Assembly: GCA_004022145.1 (NCBI GenBank)
Contig: RCNU01000004.1
Direction: 5' to 3' (one strand)
Source: Paecilomyces variotii
Taxonomy: Eukaryota
DNA length: 64,000 bases
The position numbers and the translations under genes were made by a program. Under the pieces are notes generated by a model, which was not told the origin of the DNA, searched no databases, and saw only the letters and a program-made list of their open reading frames with translations. Below are positions 50,662 through 64,000 of the stretch, piece by piece. Positions within the stretch are counted from its first letter, which is position 1; every line of letters starts with the position of its first letter.

Positions 50662-53600
50662 CTGGTTGCGTTATAGAGCTGGGGAAGACATTGAAGTCAA
50701 ACGATACTGTCTTCCTTGACAAGATAGAGGAATATGTGGAGAAACCAAGCGGCATATGACATACAAATGAGGGTCTGAGAAATCGTCAAAGGCGCACGCG
50801 TCAGCGGTGGTAGCAGGTATTATTCTTTCCCATCTAGATATAAGACGGAGTTATCCAGGGTCGCTTACTTACGTCCCCGCACATGCGAAGGTCTTCTAAC
50901 TCCGGTGCTTGTTCTCCCCGTATCCTTGCCAACTACGAGGTCAGTCATAGTGATCGGCTTCATCTTCGCCCCCCTTTTTCCCGCTGGTCCATCTTGGTGG
51001 GTTAGAGCAGCCTGATTATTGCGAGAGGTACGCGAGCGGCTGTTCTTTGTGGAATTGGTGGCCCCGCTACATACTTCTTGCCTTCTGACACGCTTGCGCG
51101 AATTTGTGGATATGATATGCATACAGGAGGGGGCCTAACCAGCGGACCGACCCGTGAGGTGATCGGGGAGCTGAATGAAATGAGGTGCCCTCAAAATTTA
51201 CAATTCGATGGATGGCACCTGGTAACTTGGGCAGCTAGCTGGAAGTCAGCCGCCGTCATCTTGCCGATGTCACTGCTGCTATCTATTGATTTCTTTGATG
51301 ACATGCGTATGCTCACTGTCGTTTGGTGGAAGCAGGGACGCTCCGCGAATGAAACTGCAAGCCCATTAGTGCTTGGAGGGAAGAGGCATGGGGGAAGACT
51401 AATTCTTTAATGGCCTCAAAGTAGCGTGTAAAAGACACGCCACTCGAGATCCTGTCGGGGCGTTCTATCAGCGCAGTTGATACATACAGGGGGCAGATAC
51501 TAGTCCTGACCAACTGCTCCAAGCAGCCTCACGGGTGCATCATCCGGCATCCGGACAAATTAACTACTGCAAACGTGACGGCTAGATCTGACACCTTTTT
51601 GAGCCCCTGTCCTTCTCTATCTATACTGGTTGTTCAACCTCCAGCGAATATCCTTCCGGTGCTGTCCCTTAGCCACGAATGAATACCGAAGCTGGTACTA
51701 GCCTTGAAGTCATAGAGGCAAGCCAGTATTCACATATTGGCAGCCGGTCCTGTCGCTACTAAGACAATATATGATTCGTCGTCCCTCTAATCGCAAGATC
51801 ATTCGGGGCGGGGAACTGATATCTAATAATTTGAGATATATTACGTGTGCCGACCCGATTTATATTGGCTATACAGATGGCTTGCTACTGCTTTGCCACA
51901 ATAGTCCCACCATCATTGAGCCACTAGCTACTCGTCAAGCTGGCTAGGACGTGGACAGGGGTTCCGGGCCAAAGTGGGATATATGCCCAGTCGACAGTGA
52001 TAATCACTAGCCTTGAGGTGAAGTAGTGGATATCACATGATACAGTGGCCATATAGTTATGCAAAGTTGGTCGGTAATATTACTGGTTCCTGTTTGATGT
52101 CGGTTTGCCAGTTGTTTTGTGACACCCTGACTGGCAGATACGGCAGTCTCTCCGGCCACTGTGGATAATCATTACTTATGGCGAATCCGGCACTGGTCAT
52201 TGAGGAGAAAATCCAATTCCCGCAGCTAACCACATAGCTGCTAAGCGTCGCGTCTGAAGAAATGACGCAGAATAACTACTTCAGCCCTTACACTTGTTAG
52301 TCCCGTTTGTTTGTAGGGTTGGACTCCGTGACAGGCATTAGGAGACCGGAGAGTGACTGGGGTATGATACTGCCCACAAAAGACTACATACCAAGCAAAC
52401 AAGGAGACAGAATACTTGCTTTTGTCTCACATTGCCGAGGTCCCAAAGAGATCAGGAAACCAGGAAGCCGCTTCTATTTCTTCGTTGAGTCTAAAATTAC
52501 TTCACTTGCTACCTTTCTGCGACTAGGGAGCGTCTAGGCATGTTAAGCGCCACTCCATATACTTTGGATGATAGTGAGTTGTCCCGTGTTTCTCCAGCAT
52601 TCTACTGCGCCTTTTATTGATCCTGGTCAGTGGTACCAATACGAGATGTATCAGTGGAACGGGATTCATATTTGAAATGGTGCTGAAAAGAAAATGACTT
52701 CAACCAACGATTCTTCCGTATTCACCCGTCTATACGATGTGTGTCTCAGTCCTTGATAAACAGTTTTGCTGAAGGACCTGGGGACACAGCCTTCAGAACA
52801 TATCGATGTTAGATTAACGTCACCGAGATCTACACCATTCGATTTATCTCTCGTGATAGATCTGGGGCCTTCTCTCAATGTTACTCTTCGAGCTTAGCAG
52901 ACTTGTGGCTAACTAGCTGAATCCAGTCCACGTCCGGTCCACGTCGACTTCTATATCCCTGTCGGAATAAGCCGCCTGCCTGTTCTCATATGCTTGCTGA
53001 TAATCTCTAAGCGACGAAGGATCGGCATATGATCCTAGCGCGCGCAATGCAATATATGCGTCGAGGGGAAGCTCCAGGTCCCTTCACCTATGAGATTAGG
53101 AATTAATCAGGTATAGTGATTCAAATCAAGGTTATTCATAATTAATATCATAGCAGGAAGCCGTCCTCAGAGCAGGATAATGATGTGCCTGAACCGTAAT
53201 TATGCGATGATAACCGATACTATCAGTGACTGGAGATTTCGATTTTCGAGGTAATCACCTACTAAACCTCTGCATCTTCGTACAGCATTTGCCTCGTGAA
53301 GAGGAAGAATGTCCTTGTACGACGACAAAGGATGAAGTGGAAAAGGTAGCGGCAGGAGGAGCAGCAGAAGAAGAAAAAGTGAACACATTGGCCCTTAATC
53401 GCTTGTGGCGGCCCCTCGCTGGGCATTTCTAGGACGCTGTCTTCATCCTGTATGTGCCATGGCTATAGAATCAGCGTTACGACAGGGTATTCACATCTCA
53501 ACAAGGATTTTGGTTTCGCCGGGGAGCAAACAGTAGAAAACGCCGAAGGAGAGGGGGGCAAATTCACTGGCTCTTTGGATTTCTCCTCTTTCAGGGAGTA

Positions 53601-54684
53601 ATTTTGATCATGTCTTACACCCCTAGTCGCTGCAATTCCTGCTGCAACTCTTTGCGGGGGGGCTTGAAAGAAAATGCTCGATATGGAATGGTGTTCGGCC
53701 GTATCAACTGGTAAGATAGGTTAATCCTTGTCTCCCCTGTCGCCCTTAGACGATGCTGCATGCAGATGGCATGCGAGTGATATCTGTGATTGCAGCATTA
53801 TTAGCGAACGACGCAACCGAGTTCTGTTGAGAAATGAGCTGAAGTGATATCGGCGTCTGCTCCCGCAAGTAGTACCCTTGCATCTCAGATGTATGGGCCC
53901 GTCCATCTTAGGTAGCCTCCTTCAACACCCTTCTGGTTAAACGCTGACGCGGTACTGCAATTACCCTTTTTGCCTGAAAGGATGACTTAGGAAGGGAAGA
54001 GCTTTCCCATGGACTTAAGCAAAATAAAAAGTGATAACAGAGGATAAACCCGACTCTACAATATCGTTGAGAGTCGCGATTAAAAGAACCTTTCAGAAGG
54101 ATTTCATAGATAGTATTATTAAATTATGCTATCGTTGTCTTGCGATATTTCTAACACGATCTTCTCAGAATTAAATATTTGATGCATGCACACTAGCTAG
54201 TTCATCACCGGCATATGGTCTGATTACCTGAATCGTTTCAATGACCTTCCGCGAGGACTAGCTCCAAATTCGAGACTACAACTAATCTCTTCTATTCCCT
54301 AGAAGGCAAATAATTTGACCCTTCGTCCCTTATCGGCGCATAAAATTGGCTGCATATAGATACGAAGTTCAGGAATATTTAGCTCTGCACCTTCTAGAGC
54401 AGATACCTTCCTCTCGAACTTACAAAGGTGAAACCGACAATTCACAAGAGCGAGTACATGCAAGATGCGATTCTCACGACCTTCGTTTTGAGTACCAACA
54501 AGCCCTGGTTAACGAGCTCCACCGCTTGAGCTTTGATCTTTTATCGAAGGAAAAGTGGCTAGGTTTTAGGAGGAAGGACTACATAGGCAATGACGCAGGA
54601 CGAAGATGATAATTAGCGATTAGATACGATCAAGCAAAACATGATATTGAACCTTGACACTGTATTGAATCATTTCGTGAACAG

Positions 54685-54716
<32 letters not shown>
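54685..54716. repeat. (CTAA)n microsatellite, about 8 units
   Basis: gctaactaactaactaactaactaactaactaac read directly. Confidence 0.92.
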
Positions 54717-54717
<1 letters not shown>

Positions 54718-56680
54718 AAAACTACTCGTGGGCGTAATCAACCGGAGCTTCTAATAGAAATAAATACCTTTGCTGCTATCGAGTCTGAGTGCTCATTCTT
54801 TCTATAATTCCGAAAGGATGAATAACCTAATAAATACCCTGGGAGCTCTCAAACCCCATCTGTGCGGGCCAATTCGATTAAAATAGGGGGGAAGGATCTG
54901 TCTTTCCTAATTTCACATTAACTCCTCCTTTATGCAGAATGTAGGATGTGTCAGTTTATAGTGCTCGAGATCTTGCTGTTTGGTTTTTTGATTTTGTTTA
55001 CTTTCATGATTCTATAATAACTGATTGATCGACAGGCTTCGTTGCTTCCCTTCTAGGCAGATTGCAAGCATTTTTCTTCTATTTTTATCTACGGAGATTA
55101 TAATTCGTCAATTTCTAGTTAGTACTAAAGCCAAAAAGCAGCATGAGATTCCCGGTCAATGGTATGAATGTTCCTGTTCGATTTAGGGGATATTCGAGGA
55201 TAATCAGCATTATGCACATACATAAATTTCTCACCCTCTTCACAAGGGAAGAAGCTAGCTGTCAATAATTTTTCTCGTCTGCAGGCTAACTAGGTGAAGA
55301 TGATAGAGATGAAAAAAATCAGGTAACTGCTAACTAACTAGCAATTAGTCTTGGAGAGATCGGAAAATCAATATCTAGGACAGTTATACAAAACCTCGTC
55401 TGCACCTGGGATCTTTGATAATGTATCTATCTATCGCCAAGATATCCCACAGATCGCTGAGGATTTGGACTCTATTGAAAAGCTGAACGATCTTCGCAGT
55501 GCCTTCTATATATACTCTTAGAGGGGATGCCTGCCAATGTTGAACGGATCGAATATGCCCAAGATCAGGCAAGTGGCGATTTCTTAGCTGGGTAGGAAAG
55601 AGAAAACTGGAAATATGAGATCTGGTCGAAAGTGGCATCGGGAGAGAAAGAGGAATAGAGTTTGATATTGATATAGTTAGCAGTCTGTGCTTCTTGTGGA
55701 TTAGATACCCCTGACTTTAAGCTGTTCGTTGAGGAAAGATATTATATTCCTACAAACAATCAGAACCACGATCCTTTGACTCGGCGGGATTTTTCTTCGC
55801 GGCCGTGTTTGTTGTATTCTAAAAAAGGAGATTGCTATTTCCATCATAGTGTCTTCCCCCTAAGGATCAAATACACACGGCGAAAACAGTGAATAGGCCA
55901 GTCAGTCTTAACTACCTACTATTGCTCTCTCCGACCAGCGTTCTTCCCTGAGTCTTTCATCAGAGAAGCGAGTCTCAAAAACTTCATCTTTCGTGAACCA
56001 TTGCCAGGCAGAGTCGAATAGACCAAGCCAAGACTGCCCAGCCATTCCAAACCCTAGTTATCTATCATATACTCGCTAGTTAACATACTCCAGACCCATC
56101 ACAAGGGTGAGGCGGTACGATATACCATACCATGTATTGTACACAATGTATATGTATATGTATACGTATATGTATGTAGGTGACGTATAACGTGAGCTGA
56201 CGTGCATTTGCAAAATTATTTTATTATTATTCTTGTTTTTTTTTTATATTTCTTTTAAGTATGATAGGTGAGTGACAAAAGTACCTTACGTTAGATTAGG
56301 ATTACATATTGCATTAAATGCAGAGTGAGCTGAGGAATGGATTTACTATAGTGCTTTGTGAGGGTATGTAGTTAGAGTTAGTAACTTATGAAATGAGATG
56401 TATATTTGGATAAGACTTATTGGATATTTTACTCCGAGGGGAAGCGGGGGGAAAAAAAAAGAAGGGGAATACTACGGAGTAGACTACAAGAATGAGAAAT
56501 GAGAAGAAAAGTGTTTTCATTGGGTAGTACTACCTAGATAATGCAGGGTATGCGTTTTTTTTTTCATGGATCTTCCATTGGACTCGTGGCTATATGAATT
56601 TCATCTTGTGTTGCCGCCTTACAAATTGCTTGAACTGACTCTTGGCCCCTTGTTTCCCACCCCCCCCTGCTCTTCTTCTT

Positions 56681-58414
56681 CTATGATGATTGCGAAGGAG
56701 GGAGAACCAGGCTAGCTTCACCATGGGCGAACAAATCGAAGCTCTCCTCACTAGTGGCGGTCATGGGAGGACTAGGGGTCGAAGTCGTCGACTCCTGCTC
56801 CGTACCGGGCACACGACGCTCAGAGGCCAGCTCCCAGCGTCGCTCACCAATCCACTCGAGTCCATCCCCGGCACCTCGACCACCAAACTTCCGACGTGCC
56901 TTCTCGCGCTCTTGGAGTGGTAGAGTACTGGTAGGCTCTGCGCCGGCCTCTGCAGCTGGGTCAGGCAGAAGGTTTCTCTGGTGCCATTCCCCGACAAACA
57001 TTCCGTCAACGTCGACCTCTTTTCGGACCGCCAACCAAGCATCCATGTCAGCGCCGTACATGCCGTGTAGTTCCTTACGGCCAGTGTCAGTCGTGAAATT
57101 CTTCGCCCAGTGCGGCTTTGCGCCCATGGAGCGCATGAGCCATTCAAAGGCCATGTAGTACTGGTGGGTGCAGGGAGGGTCGCGGAGGTATGGACGATAC
57201 AACGTAGCATTCAGGTAAAGCGTAGGGCCGTAATGACAGGTAGGGTCGAGATATGGCCGCGGAGAATCGGTCAACGTGGTATCCGCGACGCGGACTTCGA
57301 TCGGGCAATGGACATACACTCCTTTCGAACTGTACGGGATCTGCGCTGTCTCCTCGTCGCCATTGAGCCACGCAGACAAACGAGTGAGCGCTTCAGGCCC
57401 CTTCTCCAAGGGTAAAGCCCACTCGTTGACAAACTGAGAATACAGGCAGTCCATCAGCAGACCCTCGCGGGCCGTCTGCACGGCCTCCGTCACCTTGGCG
57501 CCTGGTTTAAATCCGTATTGCATGCCAAAGACAAACCACTCAATCCATGGCAGGATCTGGGGAACATAGTTCGACAGCGCCAGCAGATTGTGGTAGATCT
57601 GGTATCCCAACCACCGTCCGTAGAACGTCTGCGGAGGCGGACGCAGCGGCTCCTCTGTCTTGTCTGCTCGCCAGACGATCGCCTGCTTGAGATACGGCAT
57701 CCACCAGACACGCACAAACTCGTGCGACGTCCAGAGATCGGATGACCACTCATCCAAGACCTGCGACAGCGGTCGCAACGTCTGTTGCCATTTGACCTTG
57801 AACGTAGGTTCTGCCTGGAAGGTCACCTCGACGACGATGCCCAGCGCGCCCAACGAGACCAGCGCCGCTCGAAAGAGCTCCTGGTTGCTGGTCGCGCTGC
57901 AGCGCACCGTCTGGCCGTTCGCCAGCATCAGCGTCAACGACAGGATGCACTCAGACAACAAGCCATGTTTGAGCGAGCTGCCATGGGTTCCCGTCGCGAT
58001 AACGCCTGCAATCGACTGGCTGTCGATACTGCCCAAATTCGAAAGTGTCAACCCGTACTTCTCCTCGAGTTCCCTGCCCAGGTCTCGCAACCGGATTCCT
58101 GCCTGAACAGTGACGATCTTCTTGTCTGCATCGACGCTGAGGATGCTGTTGAAGTCATCGAGATTGACGAGCCAGGATGACGTGCATGTCAGATCAGACG
58201 GCGAATGGCCGCTCCCGACCACAACGATGCGACGACGACAGCGTCTCGCGAGAGTGACGATCTTCTCGATCTCCGGCAGTGAGCGCGGTCGAATGTAGAG
58301 CTCAGGCCGTGCGAAAAAGGTGCGCGCCCACGTGTGGTGCAGATGCGCAGTTGAAGCGCGAAAAGGCACTGTAGGGTCGAGCCGCGAGAGCTCGCGGGCA
58401 ATGGTGGGGTCCAT
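56681..58414 (-). CDS. ALO1: D-arabinono-1,4-lactone oxidase (FAD-linked)
   Basis: HHTWARTF, VGSGHSPSDLTCT (FAD-attachment His region), NLGSIDSQSIAG, TGTHGS, HCPIEVRV and KPHWAKNF. The likely ATG is MDPTIARE at 58414. Confidence 0.93.
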   Translation of the reverse strand: MDPTIARELSRLDPTVPFRASTAHLHHTWARTFFARPELYIRPRSLPEIEKIVTLARRCRRRIVVVGSGHSPSDLTCTSSWLVNLDDFNSILSVDADKKIVTVQAGIRLRDLGRELEEKYGLTLSNLGSIDSQSIAGVIATGTHGSSLKHGLLSECILSLTLMLANGQTVRCSATSNQELFRAALVSLGALGIVVEVTFQAEPTFKVKWQQTLRPLSQVLDEWSSDLWTSHEFVRVWWMPYLKQAIVWRADKTEEPLRPPPQTFYGRWLGYQIYHNLLALSNYVPQILPWIEWFVFGMQYGFKPGAKVTEAVQTAREGLLMDCLYSQFVNEWALPLEKGPEALTRLSAWLNGDEETAQIPYSSKGVYVHCPIEVRVADTTLTDSPRPYLDPTCHYGPTLYLNATLYRPYLRDPPCTHQYYMAFEWLMRSMGAKPHWAKNFTTDTGRKELHGMYGADMDAWLAVRKEVDVDGMFVGEWHQRNLLPDPAAEAGAEPTSTLPLQEREKARRKFGGRGAGDGLEWIGERRWELASERRVPGTEQESTTSTPSPPMTATSEESFDLFAHGEASLVLPPSQSS

Positions 58415-59403
58415 CTCGATGTCAGGAAGAAAGAAAAAAAAAAGCTGATAAGAGAGCGGGGAGGGGCGTTCAAGACAGCATGCTGTCAACAGAAGACCAA
58501 ATATGCTGAAGATGGAGTCACAGCTAATGGAGAAATCCCAGAGTCCTGGTGATAAGAAGATCCAAGTGAAAAAAGAGTGAGCCAAAGGCGATGGCGACAT
58601 CAGCAAGACGAAACAAAGTCCGCCAAGTCGAATCGGGAGAATCAGGAACGGCGTCCGCGTGGTCGCATCATGAGAGAAACACTGGCCTCACACGCAGCTG
58701 GAGAATATTTAGCTGGAGTCTTTGTAGACAGACCTGTTCTGTTATGTATAGAATCGAGATAGACCGCTGCTTATTCTTATGTTTGTACTGTAGCATCGGA
58801 TAATCCATTGTGACATGTCATGATGGCTTCAAGCCAGTCGACCAAACGGGAGAATCCTCCATTTGGTCTGCCTGGATCTGACATTATTATTTCCATAACA
58901 AGAGACCATGACCCGATCAGCACTAACAAAGTCAGGATTGGAAACGATATGCTTAATTAGTTAAACGCTTGTATTGACTTATCTGATCTATGCCCCACCG
59001 AAACTCTACTCGACATTCCAGTCCGCTCGATGAGATAGGTAGATAGATAGATGTATGTATGTATGTTTGTATGTATGGAGGTAGCGAGTACAGTATACAG
59101 AAAAAAATCCCAGAGAAAAACGAGCAAACACTGATGCTTCAAGGTAAGCCGGAGCGGATAGAAACAACGCCCATCGTCCATGCAATCCCCATCCGCCCTC
59201 CTGAGACCCCAAAACGAGTAAAGTAATTTATACACGAACAATGTAACACGATGACCCGCTCGACTGAGACCTCACAAGTCACTGTACACCACCCACCGGG
59301 AAATGCTGCCCATGACCATGTACAACCAGGGATGCAAAAGGACCAAAAAAGAGACCTTCACAGAGAAACGCCATCCAATCTACCCAGAAGGACGCAACAC
59401 CTC

Positions 59404-62400
59404 TCACGACCGAATGGCTTCGATGGCAGCGTTCAGTGGGAGCACCTTGACGGCCTTATTCCAGTCACGCCGATCCCATTTCCGAAACACCGTTTTGCAG
59501 GGCTCCGGCACCCCGCCGATCGCGACGTAGCTCCTCGGGATGAACGGCCGGTCTTCGAGAGAGACCGCCATGATGCCGTATTCGTGCGCGAAGAACAGCG
59601 CCGATGCGAAGTCGGCTGACCGGGACGACGCATGTTCACCCACGATCCTGCACAGGAAACGGTTAGCAGTGGAACATGACTCATTAGGAATCAGAGGATA
59701 CTTACACATAAAGCTCGAAGAAGGCATCAAGGATGTAGATGCCTTGGGGAGTAATATCTTTCTGGCAGAACGGTTCAATCTCCTGTACAACGTCGTTGGG
59801 TCGAGTGATCGGGGATGATGAGCTTCGGCGGCTCCAGAAGCCTGTCCGCTGGCCCAGCTCGTGGTCCACCCGCAAAAGCCGGTAATAGTATTGTCCGTAC
59901 TTCGGTTTCAGGCTCCAGTGGTCTGCAGTCAGGTACGAGGCCGTTTCCTTGTGGTCAGGGAAGATCTCAAAGAAGCTGCTGGGTTCCTTGCCCTCGTCCA
60001 CCTCTTCAATCTCTCCCGTAAGGCCAAGGTCCATTCCGATCAATCGAGCGCCGCCGATCTCGTCCGCACCGCTTCCCTGTCCCTTCCACAGATAAAGCTT
60101 GCCAAATCGTGCAGAGATGACAAACGGATAACCCGAGCACAGATTCTTGCGGGAGAAGTCCACTTCGTCAAAGACGATCTGGCCAAGGTGTCTCCGTCCG
60201 CAGAGCATATACAGCGCAGACGAACTCGAGCGCGAGCTCGATCCCCGGCGAGTGATGATGATGCCTCCCAGAGCCTGGATGAAATTGGCAGTCTCCTTGC
60301 CTTGCAGCATAAGCTCGAGCTTGCAACTATGATCCCGTGCGACCTTGCGAGCGAACAACTGCGCATCTTCAATGGCCGCTTCTCCGACGTCATCTCCACA
60401 CCACAGATGGACCTCAGACTTAGTTGCATCGTAGGCCTCGAATACGTGGACACACAAGTACATGCTACCCTCGTACAGGATGTACTCCTGGTTGACAGGC
60501 AAGTCCTGCTTCTTCCCATCACCAGTAATCTCCCAAATTTGCTTTCTCAGCGTCCGGATCTTCGGACGCTCTCGTGAGTTGAGAACCGTCTGCGGATCAA
60601 TGTCTACCCTGTCGCTGGGTTTCGGGAAAGTCTCGAAGAAACGATGAATGGTCTCCGTAGATTCTGTCGTCCGCGGGATGGGCGACGTCAAGGATGGTCT
60701 TCGGTTGGGATCGACATCGGTGTCGATGGATATCCCGAGGGTCAAGGCGGCCTTCTTCGGCGGCACAGGCAAGGACGGCAAAGCCTTGTTCTGTGGTGAC
60801 TTTGGGCTCACATCACCCCCTACAATCCCAAGGCCAACATCTGACTTCTGCTCCCGGCTCTTCCATGGCTCAAGCCGGCTTTCAAAGCTGGTGACAAGCG
60901 GCTTGGGAGACGGAGTGGGATACGTAGGAGATTTCGACTGGCCATTTTGAGGAGTGATAGCGGAAACAAAAGGCAGTCCTACAGACTTCGGCGGGGGTAC
61001 CGGCGGTTGACCATGCGTGGGATCGTCCTTTTCTTCACGCTTCTCCTGAGGTTTGTCCTGAGGCTTCTCCTGAGGCTTCACTTCAGGCTTCTCTTCGGGT
61101 TTCTCTTGGGATGTGGAGGCAACAAAGACCTGGGAGGAACGCCCCTCTGCCGCCTCGTCATAGCGCTTCGAAGGAAGCAGTTCACCATCCTGATCTACAG
61201 CATCTTGTTTTGGTTCTTGTGTTAAGTTAGATGCCGCTGTTGGAAACGAGGCCTTTCTCAACTCGGGAGATTTGGTCGCTACCGCTGGTTTCGGCCGTTC
61301 ATCAGTTGCTTTCCGCGGCGGCGACTCAGGCACTCGCTCTTTGAACGAATCCCTTGACGCCAATGGCTTGGGGAGCGGCCAACCAGCATCCTTATCGGTG
61401 GGACGAGAAGTGAATGACTGTCTCTTTGCTTCCACCAGCGCAGACACCCGCTTAGTTGGCGCCGGCTTGTCTTCTTCTGGAGGAGGACCATTGGTAGGAC
61501 CGCTAGTAGTGGTGGCTTCAGAAGTTTTAGGCAACCTTCTCTTGGGTCCTCTCGCACGACCTTTCGTCATATGCGTCAGTGGTGCCGAAGAAGTCGATCC
61601 TCCCTGCTGCGACGACGAAGTAGGAGCAGGTTCTGTAGAGGCCACACTCGATCTTTCTGCACCCGCGCCTGGTGGACCTCGAGATAGGAAACCGGCTAGG
61701 GCAGGGTTTATTCGGTCTGCGAGGGTTCCTTTAGTAGCAAGCCCTTGAGTTGCAGCAGCCACCTTGGCAGCTCCCGCTTCATTCCTCGATGGCAAAGCAC
61801 GAACCGATTGGATTGTCTCCTCACTCGAGTCCTTCTTCTTCACATCCGCCTCCGCAGCACCTGACTCTGCTCGAGGGCTCGCATCCTTGCCTTCTTCAGC
61901 GGTTTCTACATTTGTCGCATCTAAGACCGCCCTTGTCGACGCAGCTCCCGGGGACTTCAGTTCTTGACTATGGTTGCTTTGTTCGGTCGCAGATGACGGA
62001 CGTTCTCGCCAGGACTGGGTGGACTGGGTGGATTGGGTGGACCCGCGTCGGTCGAAGGCAGGCGAAGATAGACCGCTGGAAATATTGCTATGAGAGCTAT
62101 CAGATCTGGATAAATTATTCCGTCTCGCTATGGCTTCCGGTACAGTCGGTTCTGGCGCAGGTAATTCCTTGTCTCCAGTGGCTGATCGTCGCAAAGACCC
62201 GCCGCTTGCTTTCATCGCTTCTTTCTGCTTGATGATACTTTCCTTCAGTGGATCGACCCTGGGCGCCTTCTTGAAGCCCCCCGTATTGTTTAGACCTGCT
62301 TTACCCCTCAGGATATTATCCTTGAGCTCGTCCGGAGGGACATAATTCTTGGTCTCCGCCTTTCGTAACTTCCCGAAAACATTTTTGAATTCTGGCTCCT

Positions 62401-64000
62401 CCTGAGCCGGCTTGTCAGAAGGGAGCTCTCGTCGCCGTAAATTGGCTCTGAAATCCATCGCCGGTGATTGTTGCTTGGGCTTAGGTGAGAGGGCCTCCAG
62501 ACCTGAAGGACCTGACAAAGAACCTGACAAAGAACCTGGCTTCGACGAAAGCGCAGGTGGAGAGGGCCTGGGCGGCGGAGTGGCATCCTTTGGGGGTTTC
62601 GAGGCTTCTTCTCCCTGGGTGTCTTTGTCTTCCGGCTTTTGCGGGGATTCCTTTGGAGGTTCCTCCTGGCTTCCGGGGGACGGTACGTCAGTGTCCTTAT
62701 CCGCCGCTGGCTTGGCTTCTAGTTCCTTAGTCTTATTTCCTTCGGGGTTATTGAGGGTCTCTGAGATTCCGCTAATGCTTGGTTTTTTGTAGTGGCTCCC
62801 TGGAGCAGGGGAGCGCTGAAGACCGGTCGGCGTCACATCTTTGAGACTGCTGCTAGGTCTTCCGAGGTCCACACTACCCCTCGACCGCCGGTTCTGGTTG
62901 AGTTCTTTTAACCAAGCCGGGGGTTGCGCCGTCGTAGAAGCCCTCGGCTGCTTGGGAGTCTCTGGTCGATTAAGTGCACTTTCTAGCCACGATGCCTTAG
63001 TGGGACTCCAGCGCTTAGGGTCTATGGACTTTGTAGGCGAAGGGCTCCTGGGAGACAGAGAAGGAAGGCTCTCCACCTTGGAGGACGATCTGGAATGCGA
63101 CGGGAAGAATGGCTTAACGAAGCCTTCGTTGGCGGTTGACTCGCCTTTACTGCCTTCCGACGTTCCGGGTCGATCGGTGCCCTTCATCTGGTGGACAACT
63201 GTTGCCTCACTATGGCTCGAGCCCGGACGCGATGTTGAGAGCGGAGAGCTCTCACGAACGAATTTGGGCTCCGTAGTGGACAAATTGGAGTCGCCCAAAG
63301 AGGCAGATCCAAAGCCGCTCCGGGTGCTCATGGTGGAGTTCCCCCTGTTCAGTCCCGGAGAGGCTTGGGCGCTCCATCGCTTCGTAACACTGTCCGAGCG
63401 TCTCATCATGGCGCTTTGAACGAACCCACCCAACCCCTTAGTCGGCGATACGGGCCGCTCAGGGGAACCACGTCGCTGGGACGGCGACAAGGGAAGAACT
63501 GGACTTTCTGGGGGTGATGATTCCGCCTGTCGCGCTTCCAGCTTCGGAGGGTTCGATAAAGCGAAGGGTGAACCCAGTCCTCCTGCGGTGGACACTGAGG
63601 AAACGCTGGAATAGCGATTGCCCACGCTGTTGGTTCCAAAGGTCGAGCTTGCTCTCGATGGCGACCGCGATCTATCCTCTCCCATGTCCTTCTCTGGCTC
63701 CGTAGTAGTAGACTCCTCCTGGCCCAATCCCGGTAGTCTTGTATTGCCGCTGATCGAGGCTGTATCTGACGTCGCGTCTTCGGGGCTTTTTCGTAGGGCT
63801 GGCGATCCCATCTCACCGTCCGCCGTCTGACGAAACCAGGAGGGGTCCTTTGACACCGGTGAGGACGCAGCCTGGCTCTTTGACATCTCCGGCTCCTCTC
63901 CTCCAATGGCGGCGCCGAGCTTCAAGCTGCTTTCACGAGTGGGCGAAGACAACCCTGATCTTAGATTTAGATCTCTCGATCCAGGACGTTGCTGCCAGGA
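59404..64000 (-). CDS. Large low-complexity protein with DUF4045-like N-terminal region and C-terminal gelsolin/villin-like repeats; 5' end outside window
   Basis: SPTKGLGGFVQSAMMRRSDSVTKRWS, RWSPTKASWLESAL, LTHMTKGRARGPKRRLP, then EYILYEGSMYLCVH, KLYLWKGQGS, IYILDAFFELY| and a last exon ending AIEAIRS*. Confidence 0.85.

Noticed and set aside
53200-55640. Possible transposon relic with short ORFs
   Set aside because: No transposase or RT motifs and no termini visible.
58415-58606. N-terminal extension of ALO1 in the ORF track
   Set aside because: It starts at TTG and is pyrimidine-rich, 5'UTR-like sequence. MDPTIARE at 58414 is the plausible start.
59861-60577. 238-aa plus-strand ORF and similar long antisense ORFs (3224-3703, 27950-28501, 62841-63419)
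   Set aside because: They are shadows of well-supported genes on the opposite strand and carry no motifs.

Overview
Fungal genomic DNA with short GT-AG introns and CTRAC/CTAAT branch points. The gene content and style look Eurotiales-like, but the taxon is my inference. Most of the window is a conserved backbone: cytochrome P450 (3' end outside the window), ASPM-like CH/IQ protein, a conserved hypothetical protein, GWT1, an amidase, PDE1, SSH4, Xaa-Pro aminopeptidase, SEC63, ALO1 and a DUF4045/gelsolin-like protein (5' end outside the window). Three accessory-looking segments interrupt it. (1) At about 11.2-15.5 kb there is a mosaic island: one apparently intact intron-containing HNH-endonuclease gene, a degenerate direct copy including its upstream DNA, and Upf1-like SF1 helicase fragments between the copies. 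The island shows RIP-type mutations and ends in an array of short direct repeats. (2) At about 20.4-23.1 kb there is an intronless, signal-peptide-less trypsin-fold serine protease with a repeat-rich upstream region. (3) At about 39.5-56 kb there is a gene-poor stretch holding three co-oriented transcription factor genes (Zn2Cys6/fungal_trans, SAM+HMG-box, Fcr1-like Zn2Cys6). All family calls come from motif recognition by eye, and exon boundaries are manual. No searches were run.
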